Shown piece by piece: positions 52,224 to 64,000 of a stretch of DNA of 64,000 bases (the stretch's first letter is position 1; every line of letters begins with the position of its first letter). The stretch comes from an uncultured Phycisphaerales bacterium (GTDB lineage Bacteria > Planctomycetota > Phycisphaerae > Tepidisphaerales > Tepidisphaeraceae): contig CAWJPJ010000007.1 of assembly GCA_963844715.1 (NCBI GenBank), positions 1,360,534 through 1,424,533 on the forward strand. The letters are read 5' to 3'. The notes under the pieces were generated by a model. That model was not told where the DNA came from and made no database searches. It was given only the letters and a program-made list of their open reading frames with translations. Position numbers and translations under genes: made by a program.

Positions 52224-53487
52224 ATGAGTAGGCGCCGTGTTGTCATCACGGGTTTGGGAGTCGTCACGTCCCTGGGCGAAACCGTCGAAGGGATGTGGGA
52301 CAATCTCTGCGCCGCCAAGAGCGGCATCGGCCCCATCCGCCGCTGGGACCCCGTAACCCTCAAATATCCGACTCAATTCGGCGGCGAATGCACCAGTTTC
52401 GATCTCACCAAGCTCGACGTCTCGCGCTTCACAACCGAACGCCTTCAGCCCAAGCGCCTGGACCGCTTCGGGCAATTCGCCGTGCAGGCGTCGGTGAACG
52501 CCGTGATCGATTCCGGCCTGGACTTTGAAAAAGAGGACCGGTTTCGCTGCGGGGTGGTGATCGGGAGCGGCATCGGCGGAATCGAAACCCTCGAAGAGCA
52601 AAACAAAATTCTTAGCACGCGCGGCGTGAGCCGGGTCAGCCCGTTCACGGTTCCCCGCCTGATGGTCAACGCCGGTAGCGGAAACGTCTCGATTCTCTTC
52701 CGCATTCACGGTCCCAACACCGCCGTCGCCACCGCCTGCGCGACGGGCGCGAACGCCATCGGCGACGCCGGGCGGTTCATTCAATACGATCAATCCGACG
52801 TGATGATCGCCGGCGGCTCAGAAGCCGCGCTGTGCGAACTGGGCGTTGGCAGCTTCTGCGCCGCCCGGGCTCTTTCGACGCGCAACGATGACCCCATGCG
52901 CGCCAGCCGCCCCTGGGACAAGGGGCGCGACGGCTTTGTCATGGGCGAAGGGGCCGGCGTGGTCGTTCTCGAAGAATACGAACACGCCAAGAAGCGCGGC
53001 GCGAAGATTTATTGCGAACTGGTCGGCTACGGAATGAGCGGCGACGCCTATCACATCACCGCCCCGGATGAGCAGGGCCGCGGCGCCAGCCGGGCCATGG
53101 AACTGGCCCTTCGCGACGCCGGCGACGGGACCCGACCAGGTCGATTACATCAACGCCCATGGAACCAGCACTCCCCTGGGCGACCTGGCCGAAACGAGAG
53201 CCATCAAATACACCTTCGGCCCCCAGGCCAAGAAGCTGGCCATCAGCTCGACCAAGAGCCAGCTAGGCCATCTCCTGGGCGCCAGCGGCGGCGTTGAGGC
53301 GGTCATCACCGCCCTGACCATCCAGCGAAACCTCATTCCCCCGACGATCAACCTGGACGAACCGGATGAGGAATGCGACCTGGACTTCGTCCCCCACAAG
53401 GCGCGGGATAAGAAGGTCGTCCTGGCCCTCAGCAACAGCTTTGGGTTCGGGGGGCATAATGCTTGTTTGCTGATGAAGAAGGTTTGA
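52224..53487 (+). CDS. fabF: 3-oxoacyl-ACP synthase II (frameshift near 53125)
   Basis: [37 protein letters not shown]. Confidence 0.97.
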
Positions 53488-53499
53488 GAATAGGCACAG

Positions 53500-53626
53500 G
53501 GGAAAACCAGAAACCAGAAATCCGAATGACGAATCAAGCCCGAATGACCGAATGACCAAATGAATGCGGCGAGCTTTTAGGGCATTCGGGTTTGATTCGG
53601 GTTTCGGACTTCTGGTTTCGGATTTC
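53500..53626. repeat. Family D hairpin after fabF
   Basis: accagaaaccagaaatccgaatgacgaatcaagcccgaatg ... cattcgggtttgattcgggtttcggacttctggtttcgg. Confidence 0.85.
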
Positions 53627-53689
53627 CCTCCAGGGGCCCCTTCCTATTGCGAATCAAATCGATGTGCCGATAATGTTTTATAGCCGTCG

Positions 53690-54031
53690 TTGTTTTTGCG
53701 TCGGCATGTGAGGAACGGATGCCCGTCATGCACGCCCAGGCTGTCCCCGCCGCCACTTCCCAGACGGAACTGGAGCCGCATTTTGAAGCTTGAGGTGCCG
53801 ATCATCGTTCGCCTTGCCGAACGGCGGCTCAATGTGCATGAAGTCATGCGGCTGGGGGTCGGGGCGATCATCGAGTTTTCCAAAAGCAACGAAGAGCCGC
53901 TGGAATTGATGGTCAACAACAAAGTCATCGGTCAGGGCGAAGCGGTGAAAGTCGCCGAGAACTTCGGGCTGCGAATCACGCAAATCGGGGACGCCAAGCA
54001 GATCGCCAACGCGCTGGGCGGAGAGCACTAA
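53690..54031 (+). CDS. FliM/FliN C-terminal (SpoA) domain protein; start uncertain
   Basis: ILKLEVPIIVRL, EPLELMVNNKVIGQGEAVKVAENFGLRITQI. Confidence 0.85.
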   Translation: MFLRRHVRNGCPSCTPRLSPPPLPRRNWSRILKLEVPIIVRLAERRLNVHEVMRLGVGAIIEFSKSNEEPLELMVNNKVIGQGEAVKVAENFGLRITQIGDAKQIANALGGEH

Positions 54032-54081
54032 AGATAACATTTCGCGCGAAGCAAGTCGGGGGTGGACTTTTCCGATATTAA

Positions 54082-54099
54082 ATGTATATTTATATACAT
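54082..54099. promoter_or_regulatory. Palindromic operator of the brnT-like operon
   Basis: ATGTATAT-TT-ATATACAT perfect inverted repeat at the toxin start. Confidence 0.7.
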
Positions 54100-54367
54100 G
54101 GTGGTTCAGTTTCGGTGGAACGACTGGAACCTGGAACACCTTGCCAAGCACGGATGCGATTACCGCGAGGCGGAAAGCGTTGTGAGGCGGCCGTCGCGCG
54201 GCTTTCCGCGCAAGATCGGCGACGGCAAATGGCTCGTGGAAGGCAGAGGCCAGGGCGACCGGTTGTTGAAAGTGATCTATATTTTTTCACCGCCGGGAGT
54301 CATTTACGTGATACACGCGATGCCGTTGAGGATAGGTCGAAGGCATCGCCGCAAGCGGCGTCGTTGA
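54098..54367 (+). CDS. BrnT-like ribonuclease toxin
   Basis: FRWNDWNLEHLAKHG...EAESV...GR..LLKVIY...IYVIHAMPL. Confidence 0.8.
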   Translation: MVVQFRWNDWNLEHLAKHGCDYREAESVVRRPSRGFPRKIGDGKWLVEGRGQGDRLLKVIYIFSPPGVIYVIHAMPLRIGRRHRRKRRR

Positions 54368-54381
54368 ACCGAGGATGTGTT

Positions 54382-54733
54382 ATGAGCAAGAAGAATCGCA
54401 ACCGGACGTCGAAAGCCGATGTGGCGGCGGCAGCGCGCGCCTTGCGCCGGGAGTTCGATCGATTCATGTCATTGTCCGACTCGGAAAAGACTGCGCGAGG
54501 CGGAGGCGGCGGCGAATGAGAGACACTCGCGCGCGTTGACGCCCGCCGAGCGGGAATTGTGGAAAAAAGCCAAGCGCTCCCTGGGCAGGCCCAAACGGGG
54601 TCGAGGGGCAAAGCCGGTGAACATCACCGTGGAACGCGGGCTGTTGGAGCGCGCGGATGCCTATGCCGAGCGACATGGGCTGACGCGGTCGCAGGTGGTC
54701 GCAAGGGGATTGGTCCTGGCGATTGCCGGGTAA
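54382..54733 (+). CDS. BrnA-like antitoxin with C-terminal ribbon-helix-helix (frameshift near 54490)
   Basis: GRPKRGRGAKPVNITVERGLLERADAYAERHGLTRSQVVARGL. Confidence 0.75.
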
Positions 54734-54764
54734 TCGAGATGCGCGACTGAGTCGGCGAACGGCG

Positions 54765-54820
54765 TTTCGGTCATTCGGGCATTCTGGTTTGATTCTGGTT
54801 TCGGGTTTCGGATTTCTGGT

Positions 54821-54822
<2 letters not shown>
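54765..54822. repeat. Family D half element (right arm only)
   Basis: ttcggtcattcgggcattctggtttgattctggtttcgggtttcggatttctggttt. Confidence 0.75.
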
Positions 54823-56102
<1,280 letters not shown>

Positions 56103-56229
56103 GGTCTGGATAGTTTACCGCCAGATGGCCGGTTGGGTATCCACACATTTATTTGGCGGGCTTGCGCAGCACGCCGTGCAAGCGCCGACCGACGTTCGCA
56201 CGGCGTGCTGCGCACGCCCGCCAAATGGC

Positions 56230-56514
56230 TCATTTATGGCCCCGAGGCCGCTTGGGCGTGAGATATTTCCGGCGCACGGCTTCGGTCAGATCGATGTCGT
56301 TGATGTTCGCCATCGTGCACAGCCAGGCCAGCACGTCGGCGAATTCCTCGCGCAGATTTTCCCGATCGTTCCCCGCCAGCGCGGTCGCCAATTCTCCGAT
56401 CTCTTCCATGAACCAGAGGAACGTCTTGGGCGTTCCCCGTTTTCGATCGACCTTTTCGTAGCGGTCGAAGATGTATTTTTGAAACGCCCGGAGTGTGAGT
56501 TCTTTTGCAGCCAT
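56230..56514 (-). CDS. MazG-like nucleotide pyrophosphohydrolase
   Basis: WFMEEIGELA...EEFADVLAWL. Confidence 0.9.
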   Translation of the reverse strand: MAAKELTLRAFQKYIFDRYEKVDRKRGTPKTFLWFMEEIGELATALAGNDRENLREEFADVLAWLCTMANINDIDLTEAVRRKYLTPKRPRGHK

Positions 56515-56582
56515 GGGTTGAGCATACCCGGGGGCGGGGAAATTTGAACAACCGGGGCGGCGTCCCTATGATAGTCATTTAT

Positions 56583-57086
56583 ATGGGAACCCATACAACT
56601 GACCCGGCCCGCGAAGTGATGGACTCGATCCGCAGGCTGGTGCGCCTCCTGCGCGTTTTCGACAGCGAGGCGCAAAAGACCGCCGGGTTCAGCGCCGCGC
56701 AGGTCTTTGTGCTCCGGCAGTTGCGCGATGGGGACGAGGCGTCGATCAACGAACTGGCCCGCCGCACCTGCACGGATCAAAGCTCTGTGTCCGTGGTCGT
56801 CGCGAAATTGGTGCGCGCGGGGACTCATCGTGCGCAAGCGATCGCCCGCGCGACCGGCGCAGCGCCCTGGTTTCGATCACTCCGAGCGGGACGTCGCTGC
56901 TTCGCGCCGCGCCGCCGGCGGCGCAGGAGCGGCTGATCGCGGCGCTCGGGACGCATGCGCCCGAATCAGCGCGGGCGATTGGCCGGGCTTTTGTCCGAAC
57001 TCATCCGCAAAACCGGCATTCACCGGCATGAAGCAGCGATGTTTTTCGAGGAAGCCGGCTCGCGACCGGGGAGAACAAATGATTGA
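56583..57086 (+). CDS. MarR-family regulator (frameshifts)
   Basis: GFSAAQVFVL, SINELARRT.TDQSSVSVVVAKL. Confidence 0.8.
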
Positions 57087-58904
57087 AGATCTGTCCGCGA
57101 ATGGATCAACGACGGAGGGGCTGGCGGTTTCGCCGTCGCTTGAACCGGCGCTCATCGCCGCGCACGTCCCGGTGCGTCCGACGCTCGTCGACAAGCGAAC
57201 GCTCTATATCTCGGCTCTGGCGGTCATGGTTGCGCTCGTCGCCTCGGCGGCGGCGAAGGCGACTGGTTTGTCTGATCGCGTTCATCATCAATCTTTCGTT
57301 CTATGGGCGCATTTCCTATACGACGGTCGATCCTGGCGGGAATCATCTGGGATATTGGGTGATTTTCGTTCCCGTGGCGGGCGGCGTCATCGTCGGTTTG
57401 ATGGCTCGATACGGGTCATCCGGGATTCGCGGGCATGGAATTCCCGAAGCGATGGAAAGCGTTCTGGAGCACGAAAGCCGAATCCCCGCCCGCTTACGTT
57501 TCTCAAACCTCTCTCGGCCGCCGTCGCGATCGGGACGGGCGGCCCCTTTGGTGCGGAAGGACCGATCATCGCCACAGGCGGGGCTTTGGGTTCGCTCGTG
57601 GGCCAGATTTTGGAAACAACACCCCAGGAACGAAAAACGCTTCTTGCCGCCGGTGCCGCGGCGGGGATGGCGGCGACGTTCGGAACGCCCGTCTCGGCGG
57701 TTCTTCTGGCGATCGAATTGCTCCTTTTTGAATTTCGGCCCCGCTCGTTCATTCCGGTCGCCTTCGCCGCCGCGACCGCCGCGGGGGTACGATTTCTTCT
57801 CGGATTGCCGTTTCCCTGCTTCTCTTCGATCGAATTGGCCAATCCCGCGATCTCGGCCTTGATTGTGTACGCGATCATCGGGGCGATCGTCGGGGTCGCC
57901 GCCATCGGGGCGACCCGGGCGGTTTATTTGATCGAGGACCTGTTCGAGAAATTGCCTTTGCACTGGATGTACTGGCCGGCTCTGGGCGCTGTGGCGGTGG
58001 GGATCGTCGGAATCTTTCAGCCCCGCACGCTCGGCGTCGGATACGACAACATCGGGGGGGAGCTGTCCGGGCAATTCACTTTGGCGGCTGTGATCTCGTT
58101 GTGCATTTGGAAATTCATCTCCTGGGCGATCGCGCTGGGCAGCGGGACCTCCGGCGGCACGCTTGCCCCGTTGCTCACCATCGGGGGCGGGTTGGGATTC
58201 GCCCTGGGGCGGTTGGGAATCCTGTTTTTTCCGCACGCCGGCATCGTCCCGGAAATGGCGGCCCTCGTCGGCATGGCGGCACTGTTCGCCGGGGCGTCCC
58301 GAGCAATGCTTGCATCGATTATCTTCGCCTTCGAAGCTACGCTTCGGCCCGCTGGGAATTCTTCCCGTCCTGGCGGGCTGTTCCACCGCATTCCTGGTTT
58401 CATGCCTGTTCATGAGCAACACCATCATGACGGAAAAAATTGCCCGCCGCGGCGTTCGCGCCTCCGGCGGAATTCGAGGCCAGTCCCCTCGCGCACGCCT
58501 CCGTCAGCCAGGCGGCGACGCCCGATGTGGTCACTCTTTGTGCTGACGAAAGAGTCGCCGACGTTCGCCAAAGACTCAATACGGAGCCTAAGCGATGGGG
58601 GCATCAGGGATATCCAATCGTGAACGAAGCGGGCAATCTGGTCGGCATTTTGACGCGCCGGGACTTGCTCGATCCTTCATACGATCCAAATATGCATTTG
58701 CGAGAGATCATAAAAAGGCTGCCAGTCGTCGTGCACCCCGATGTTTCGCTTTTGGATGCGGCGGAACACATGAGCAAGCACGATGTTGGGCGTCTTCCGG
58801 TGGTGGATCGGCAAAATTCGCAAAAAGTTATAGGCATTATTACGCGGGGCGATTTGCTCAAATTTGCCCTCGGCAAATCGCACGAATCGATGGGCAAAAG
58901 TTGA
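57079..58904 (+). CDS. ClC chloride channel protein with CBS domains (several frameshifts)
   Basis: GHGIPEAME, GGPFGAEGP, GTSGGTLAP; C-terminal CBS pair. Confidence 0.92.
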
Positions 58905-58994
58905 TTAATGTTTTGCAAACATGGTGGCGGGTTAAGGAAATGGGTAAAGTTTGGTTCTACAATTCCGCCGTACGCTTTGACTGAGGAGATCACT

Positions 58995-59737
58995 ATGAGC
59001 ATGTTTGGACCGTCGCCCTATTCGCGGCAGCCGGGAGGGTTCCCTCTCGATTACAGTTCCGACCAGCAGTTGGCCCCGGTGATCGCCGCGTTCTTTAACG
59101 CGGTCTATCTGTGGATGACCATCGGGCTGGCCCTGACCGGGCACCGTCGCCTGGTGGGTTTCCACTCAGCCAGGGGTTCTGGCGACCGTATTTCATGGCC
59201 CGACCCTGATCATCCTCTTCATCGCGGAAATTCTGCTGGTCGGCGTGATCGCCGGTGCTGTCAACAAGCTCGGCGCTACCGCCGCGACCGCGCATGTTTC
59301 TCGTTTACGCCGCCCTTAACGGGTTCACGCTCGCCGGCATCTTCGTGATGTACAGCCTTGGCTCGATCGCCGGCGCGTTCGTCGCCTCCGCCGTCATGTT
59401 CGGCACGATGAGCATCTACGGTAAGGTCACCGGGGCCGATCTATCCGGAATGGGAAAAATCGCCTTCATGGGATTGATCGGGATTATCGCCGCCACCGTG
59501 GTGAACTTCTTCATTCACAGCACGGCGCTGGCCTGGATCGTCTCTTATATCGGCGTCGCCGTGTTTCTTGGATTGACGGCGTACGATACGCAGCGGCTCA
59601 AGCAGATCGCGGTCTCGGTCGCGGGCGATGCGGCCATGACGGCGCGCCTCAGCATCAATGGCGCGCTGATGCTCTATCTCGATTTCCTGAACCTCTTTCT
59701 CTTCCTGGTTCAGATCATGGGAGATCGGCGGCAGTAG
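58995..59737 (+). CDS. Bax inhibitor-1/YccA family membrane protein (frameshifts)
   Basis: VYLWM.IGL, LTAYDTQRLK, ALMLYLDFLNLFL. Confidence 0.92.
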
Positions 59738-59739
59738 AA

Positions 59740-60939
59740 GCGACCTCGCCCCGCGCGATTGAATTCCAAAGTCGTCCACCCCAACTCGCCGGACGCGCTT
59801 GCCGATCCGGCAGAGGATTTCGTAGGGAATCGTCTCGGCCAGTTCCGCGAGCCGGTACACGCTTGCCGGGCTGAGCGGATCGCTGTCGAGCACAATCACT
59901 TCGTCGCCGATCGTGGCACTGGGGATTTGAGTCAAATCGATCACCGTCAGATCCATGCTCACCCGCCCGGTCACTCGGGCCGGCTGGCCATGGACGATCA
60001 TGCTGGCGCAGTTGGATAGCGACCGGGGATAACCGTCGGCATAGCCGATCGGCACAAGCCCCAGCCGGGCCGGTTTCGGCGCGATCCAGGTTTGCCCGTA
60101 GCCCACGGTGGTTCCCTCGGGCACGGATCGAATGCCGATGAGGGCGCCGTCCAGCGCATCGCCGGGCGAAGGTGGCGGTCGAGATTCGGCCGCCCGCTGG
60201 GATCGATGCCGTAAACGGCGATTCCCGGGCGGACCATGTCCAGCCAGGAATCCGGGTGATAGAAGACTCCCCCGGAATTGGCCGCGCTGCGGAGCGGGAG
60301 CACCGTCCGATTCAGCGGCACCTGCGAGAGGGCCTCCTGAAAGCGCGCCAGCTGCAAATTATTGAACGGATTATTCGGCTCGTCGCTGGAGGCGAAGTGC
60401 GTCGCAATCCCGTGTAATCGCAGGGCCGGAAGTGAGGCGACCTTGGCGACAAGTTCCGCAAAATCCGCCAGTTCCGCGCCCCCGCGGTTCATGCCAGTAT
60501 TGACCATGATCTGGACCGAGGCCCGCAAGCCGCGCGACAGGCAAATTCGATTCAAATCGTCCGCGGCTGCCGAGCTGGCCAGGGAAAGGATCCATCCGCT
60601 CTGCGCCGCCAGTTCCAGGCGGCTCCGCTGCTCCCCCATATAAGCGTTTTCGACCGGGCGTAGGATCGTGAGCGGGACATCCACCGGCTGAAGATTCGCC
60701 GCCTCCTCGATATCCGCGACCGCAAGCCCGTCCACCGTGGGGGCTTCGGTTTTTCCATCCGTGAAATTGCACAGGGTATCGGCGACCAGATCGGCGTCGT
60801 GCCCATAGGCGTCCGCCTTGACTACGGCGCAAATTTTGACGTGAACTCCGACGATTTTGCGGATGAGCGATACGTTATGGAGGAGGGCGGAGCGGGAGAT
60901 AAGACATCGGACTTCGCCCTGGGAGTGCTTCGCATCCAT
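59740..60939 (-). CDS. alr: Alanine racemase (frameshift near 60146; 3' end uncertain)
   Basis: AVVKADAYGH, THFAS, ANSGG, MVRPGI, GYADG, GRVSMD, TIPYEI. Confidence 0.95.
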
Positions 60940-61045
60940 GCCGTTCCCGCCGATCAAAAGCCGGATCCAACCGGCTGGGGACGAAGTATACCCTGGCGAT
61001 GCCGAAATTCCACCTACGCATTCGCTCATAAGGTAAGATAAGCCG

Positions 61046-61603
61046 ATGCCGAAAAGCCGTAGAGATTCCAAAACTCGCGGAATTAGTATGCGCAGGTTAA
61101 AGCAAGAAATTCGCCGCTGCCCGGGGACTGCGCGGGTTCGCGCAGATTGCGGCAGCGCTATCCGCGCACAGGCGGGCGTGTGGCTCGAATCCGCCCTGGC
61201 CCTGGACCGGCTCGGACGCGAGGAACAGGCAATTCCCTTTTACGAGCGGGCCATCCGCCTGGGCCTTTCAGGCTCGGCGCTGCGCAATGCGCTGATTTGC
61301 CTTGGATCGTCGTTGCGAAACGTCGGCCGCGTGCGGGATGCGGTTCGGAAATTTCAGCAGGCGAAGCGCCGCTTCCCCGGCGACGTGGTCGTGGAACTCT
61401 TTCTGGCCCTTGGTTATCACGATGCCGCCCAGGCCACCGAAGCGCTCCGGCTGACGGCCCTGGCTTGCCTGCGGGAATCCGGCGATCGGAATCTCGAGCC
61501 GTTTCGAGGGGTCCTGCGCAGAAAATTCCGCTCGCTGGGAAGGAATGGCCACGTGAACGGAAAGAGCGTGAATGGGAAAAACGGAGGTAGTGGGCCGGTT
61601 TGA
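61046..61603 (+). CDS. TPR-containing protein
   Basis: DRLGREEQAIPFYERAI..GL...LGSSLRNVGR. Confidence 0.75.
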   Translation: MPKSRRDSKTRGISMRRLKQEIRRCPGTARVRADCGSAIRAQAGVWLESALALDRLGREEQAIPFYERAIRLGLSGSALRNALICLGSSLRNVGRVRDAVRKFQQAKRRFPGDVVVELFLALGYHDAAQATEALRLTALACLRESGDRNLEPFRGVLRRKFRSLGRNGHVNGKSVNGKNGGSGPV

Positions 61604-61721
61604 AATTTAGTGCGGCGCCAGTTGCCTGGTACGCTAATCTACATATGCAAACTTCTGGTCATGCTTAAAGGGTTGAGAATCACCAATGATTCCGGCCAGC
61701 TTGCCGAGAGGATCGCAACAG

Positions 61722-62287
61722 TTATGCGGAGGTTTCCAGTGCCTCGGTTATCTCCCGGAGCAATTCAGGGTTTTTCTGCTCCTGCCTCTCTAGTTCAAGG
61801 GCGACATTTATCAGCGCCATCACTTCCGCATTCGAGCTTTCTTCGCGCCGAATTATATCGTTTTGTGCCAGCCAAAAACTTACGGCGCACCACGTCCACA
61901 TCGGCGCATTTTCCGCAAAATGGCACGCGGGGGGCGGAAAATTTCCCGGCCCGCGTTCTCCCGAGATGTATTGCGAAACTAACTGACGGCTACGATTAAT
62001 GCGCCGGGCAATTTCCGCCTGAGTGACAAGATTGGATTCGTCAATGCTATCGACCTCCGCGCCGATATTGGCCTTGCGCAGCATCACGAATCGCGCTCAA
62101 TATTGCGCCTTTCAACGACTCGGCGGTACGCGAGAACTCCGCATATAGACACCCATATTGGATGCTAAAGGTCGCGTCATCGCAGCCAGAATTGAAAAGC
62201 GCAATCCTGTACCTCCGGCGTCAAGTCCGGTACGCCGGTTATCACCAGTGCGAAATCGTACTCACGTTGGGAATTCTGATTATTCAT
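61722..62287 (-). CDS. HicB-like antitoxin with HTH (frameshifts)
   Basis: GCDDATFS...AEFSR...AILSAI; LVTQAEIARRINRSRQLVSQY...FPPP. Confidence 0.7.
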
Positions 62288-62290
62288 GCG

Positions 62291-62546
62291 TCAGTCTTCT
62301 TTGTTTTCAGCGTTAACGCTCGCTCGGTGCGGGCACCCGTCTATCCGATTTCGTATATGGCGCGGCGTGATTTTCGGGATTTCTCGGCGTGGACCAGACG
62401 CCGATTTTGCACCCGTCGCGTGAATGATGAGGACAGTACAGGTGGCCCCAAGCGTGACCATTTGACATATGCACGCTCCATCCAAGCGTCTCGGCATACC
62501 TAACGGCCGCCTCTATGGCGGGTTTGGGATGCCTTGGCCTGCTCAT
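62291..62546 (-). CDS. HicA-like small toxin (frameshift near 62362)
   Basis: HPKPAIEAAVRYAE..GW...GHAWG.LYCP...VWSTPRNPENHA; 3 nt upstream of the antitoxin-like gene. Confidence 0.65.
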
Positions 62547-62553
62547 CGGCATA

Positions 62554-62581
62554 ATCGTATCGGGGTGTTGACAAGTGTCAA
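62554..62581 (-). promoter_or_regulatory. Promoter/operator of the HicAB-like pair
   Basis: Minus strand TTGACA-N16-TACGAT; palindrome TTGACA-AG-TGTCAA over the -35 box; ATG 7 nt after the -10 box, consistent with a leaderless mRNA. Confidence 0.6.
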
Positions 62582-62628
62582 GCAAATTGTGGAGTACGCA
62601 CCCCCGGAAATGCGGAAACGGGGTCTAG

Positions 62629-64000
62629 CAGGACGCTGAAAAACTCGGGAGTTGGCGCATTTTCCTGTCTGTTGGCCGCTTTTCAATGGCGGGTTCCATC
62701 TCGGATCGTTCCAAGGGCTTCAGTTCGTTCGAGTTCGTTGGCGGATTGCATGCCCAGGTTGAGTTTCACACGGTACTCAGGTTGCGCATCCGGATCAGAT
62801 TGAACGCCGCCCCGGCCAGGTGGGCCTGCTGGCCGGTTTTTGAATGTCCGATCAACCGGGTGCGATACAGGCCGCCGATCGTCTTGGCCCAGCCGATCCA
62901 TTCCTCGATCTTCTTGCGGCAACGCTGGCTGATGGCGTAACCGAGGGTCTTCGCACCGACGCATCCGCTGGCGGGCCGCGATGTTGGCTCGGTTCTTCCA
63001 GCGATAGGCGGCGGTGTCGCCGCCGATCTTGCCCTCCTTCACCGCCACGTGCGGACGGATTCTTCTTCGCTCCAGCCCACGCAACAGCGGACCCTGGTCG
63101 TACCCCTTGTCGGCCCCAACCGTCTTGGGTTTGAGCCCAAAACGTTTCTTGACCCGATCGATCAGCGACAACGCGGTGACCGGCTCGCTGTTCTCCAGCG
63201 GCGAGTTGACTTCCACCGCCAGCACCAGCCCGTGGCGGTTCTCCACGATCGCGTGCAGCGCATGGCTGAGCAACGCCGGCTTGCCGTCGCTCTTGCGGAC
63301 CAGCTTCGCGTCGGAATCGGTGGTTGATTCGTGGGTGTCGTTGGACCGCTTCTGGCCGTGGAAGTCCACCTCGGCGTTGCGGCCCTTAAAACCGTTGTTA
63401 TCTCCCGCATCATTGTCTTTTTTGTCCTTTTCATCCCTGGGTTTGAAGCTCTTGATCGACGCATACGCCTCGATCAGCGAGCCATCCACCGAGAAGTGGT
63501 CGGGGCTGACCAGTCCCGCGGCGATGGCCCGACGCACCGTGCCGTCGAAAAACGCGCCGATCAGCCCGTGCTCTTCCAGCCGCCCGCGATTGTGCGAGAA
63601 GACGGTGGCGTCGAATACCTCTTCGTCGATCCGCAGGTCCAAAAACCAACGGAACAGCAGGTCGTGATCAATCCGTTCCACGAGCTGCACTCGGAGCGAA
63701 TCGAATAGATCGATTGCAAAAGCAACGCCTTGATCAGCCGCTCCGGCGGCACGCTGGGCCGGCCTTCGGCCGCGTAGGCGGCATCAAAACGCCGACTCAT
63801 GGCCTTCAAGTCTTCATCGACCATGCACTTCACGGCCCGCAGCGGATGATCAGGACGGACGCGTTGTTCCAGATCGATGGCCGCGATGAACAAAATGGAT
63901 TGGGGATCGGCCTTGCCTCGCATGAATGACCTCCGTGTCTGGGTGTCACACAGTTCAGCGCCACCGAGAACATTCGTCAAGAGGGTTTTTCAGCGTCCTG
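62629..64000 (-). mobile_element. IS5-family insertion sequence, copy 2 (1372 bp as assembled)
   Basis: Preceded by CTAG at 62625-62628; same terminal inverted repeats; right end coincides with the window end. Confidence 0.95.
62766..63923 (-). CDS. IS5-family transposase, copy 2 (two apparent frameshifts)
   Basis: Matches copy 1 except at three GCGC sites. Confidence 0.9.

Overview
High-GC bacterial DNA, most likely a planctomycete of the Phycisphaerae/Tepidisphaerales type (inferred from gene content and protein style, not searched). Many genes carry 1-2 nt frameshifts, typical of an unpolished long-read assembly. Most of the window is core genome: ppa, an EF-G paralogue, ribH-nusB-ftsY, tsaC/PTP-rpiB, lptF-GT39-lptG, alaS, rpmF-plsX-fabH-fabD-fabG-acpP-fabF, gdhA and alr. 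It also holds a sugar ABC transporter and a vWA-ExbB-ExbD-ExbD-large helical protein operon. Accessory content: an interrupted type IIG restriction-modification gene, five toxin-antitoxin pairs (Panacea+PemK/MazF-like, MenAT1-like, Phd-VapC, BrnT-BrnA-like, HicAB-like) and two near-identical IS5-family elements with CTAG target sites, one splitting the Panacea-MazF pair. Most notable signals: (1) a GAGTAC-loop palindromic repeat family that is intergenic at many sites but also sits in-frame inside alaS, a PLP aminotransferase and a GT39 gene; (2) several families of tandem-oligomer hairpins in intergenic spacers; (3) frameshifts and IS-copy differences concentrated at GCGC, suggesting GCGC methylation; (4) a TonB-less motor operon with one ExbB and two ExbD genes. 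All calls are by eye; no database searches were run.
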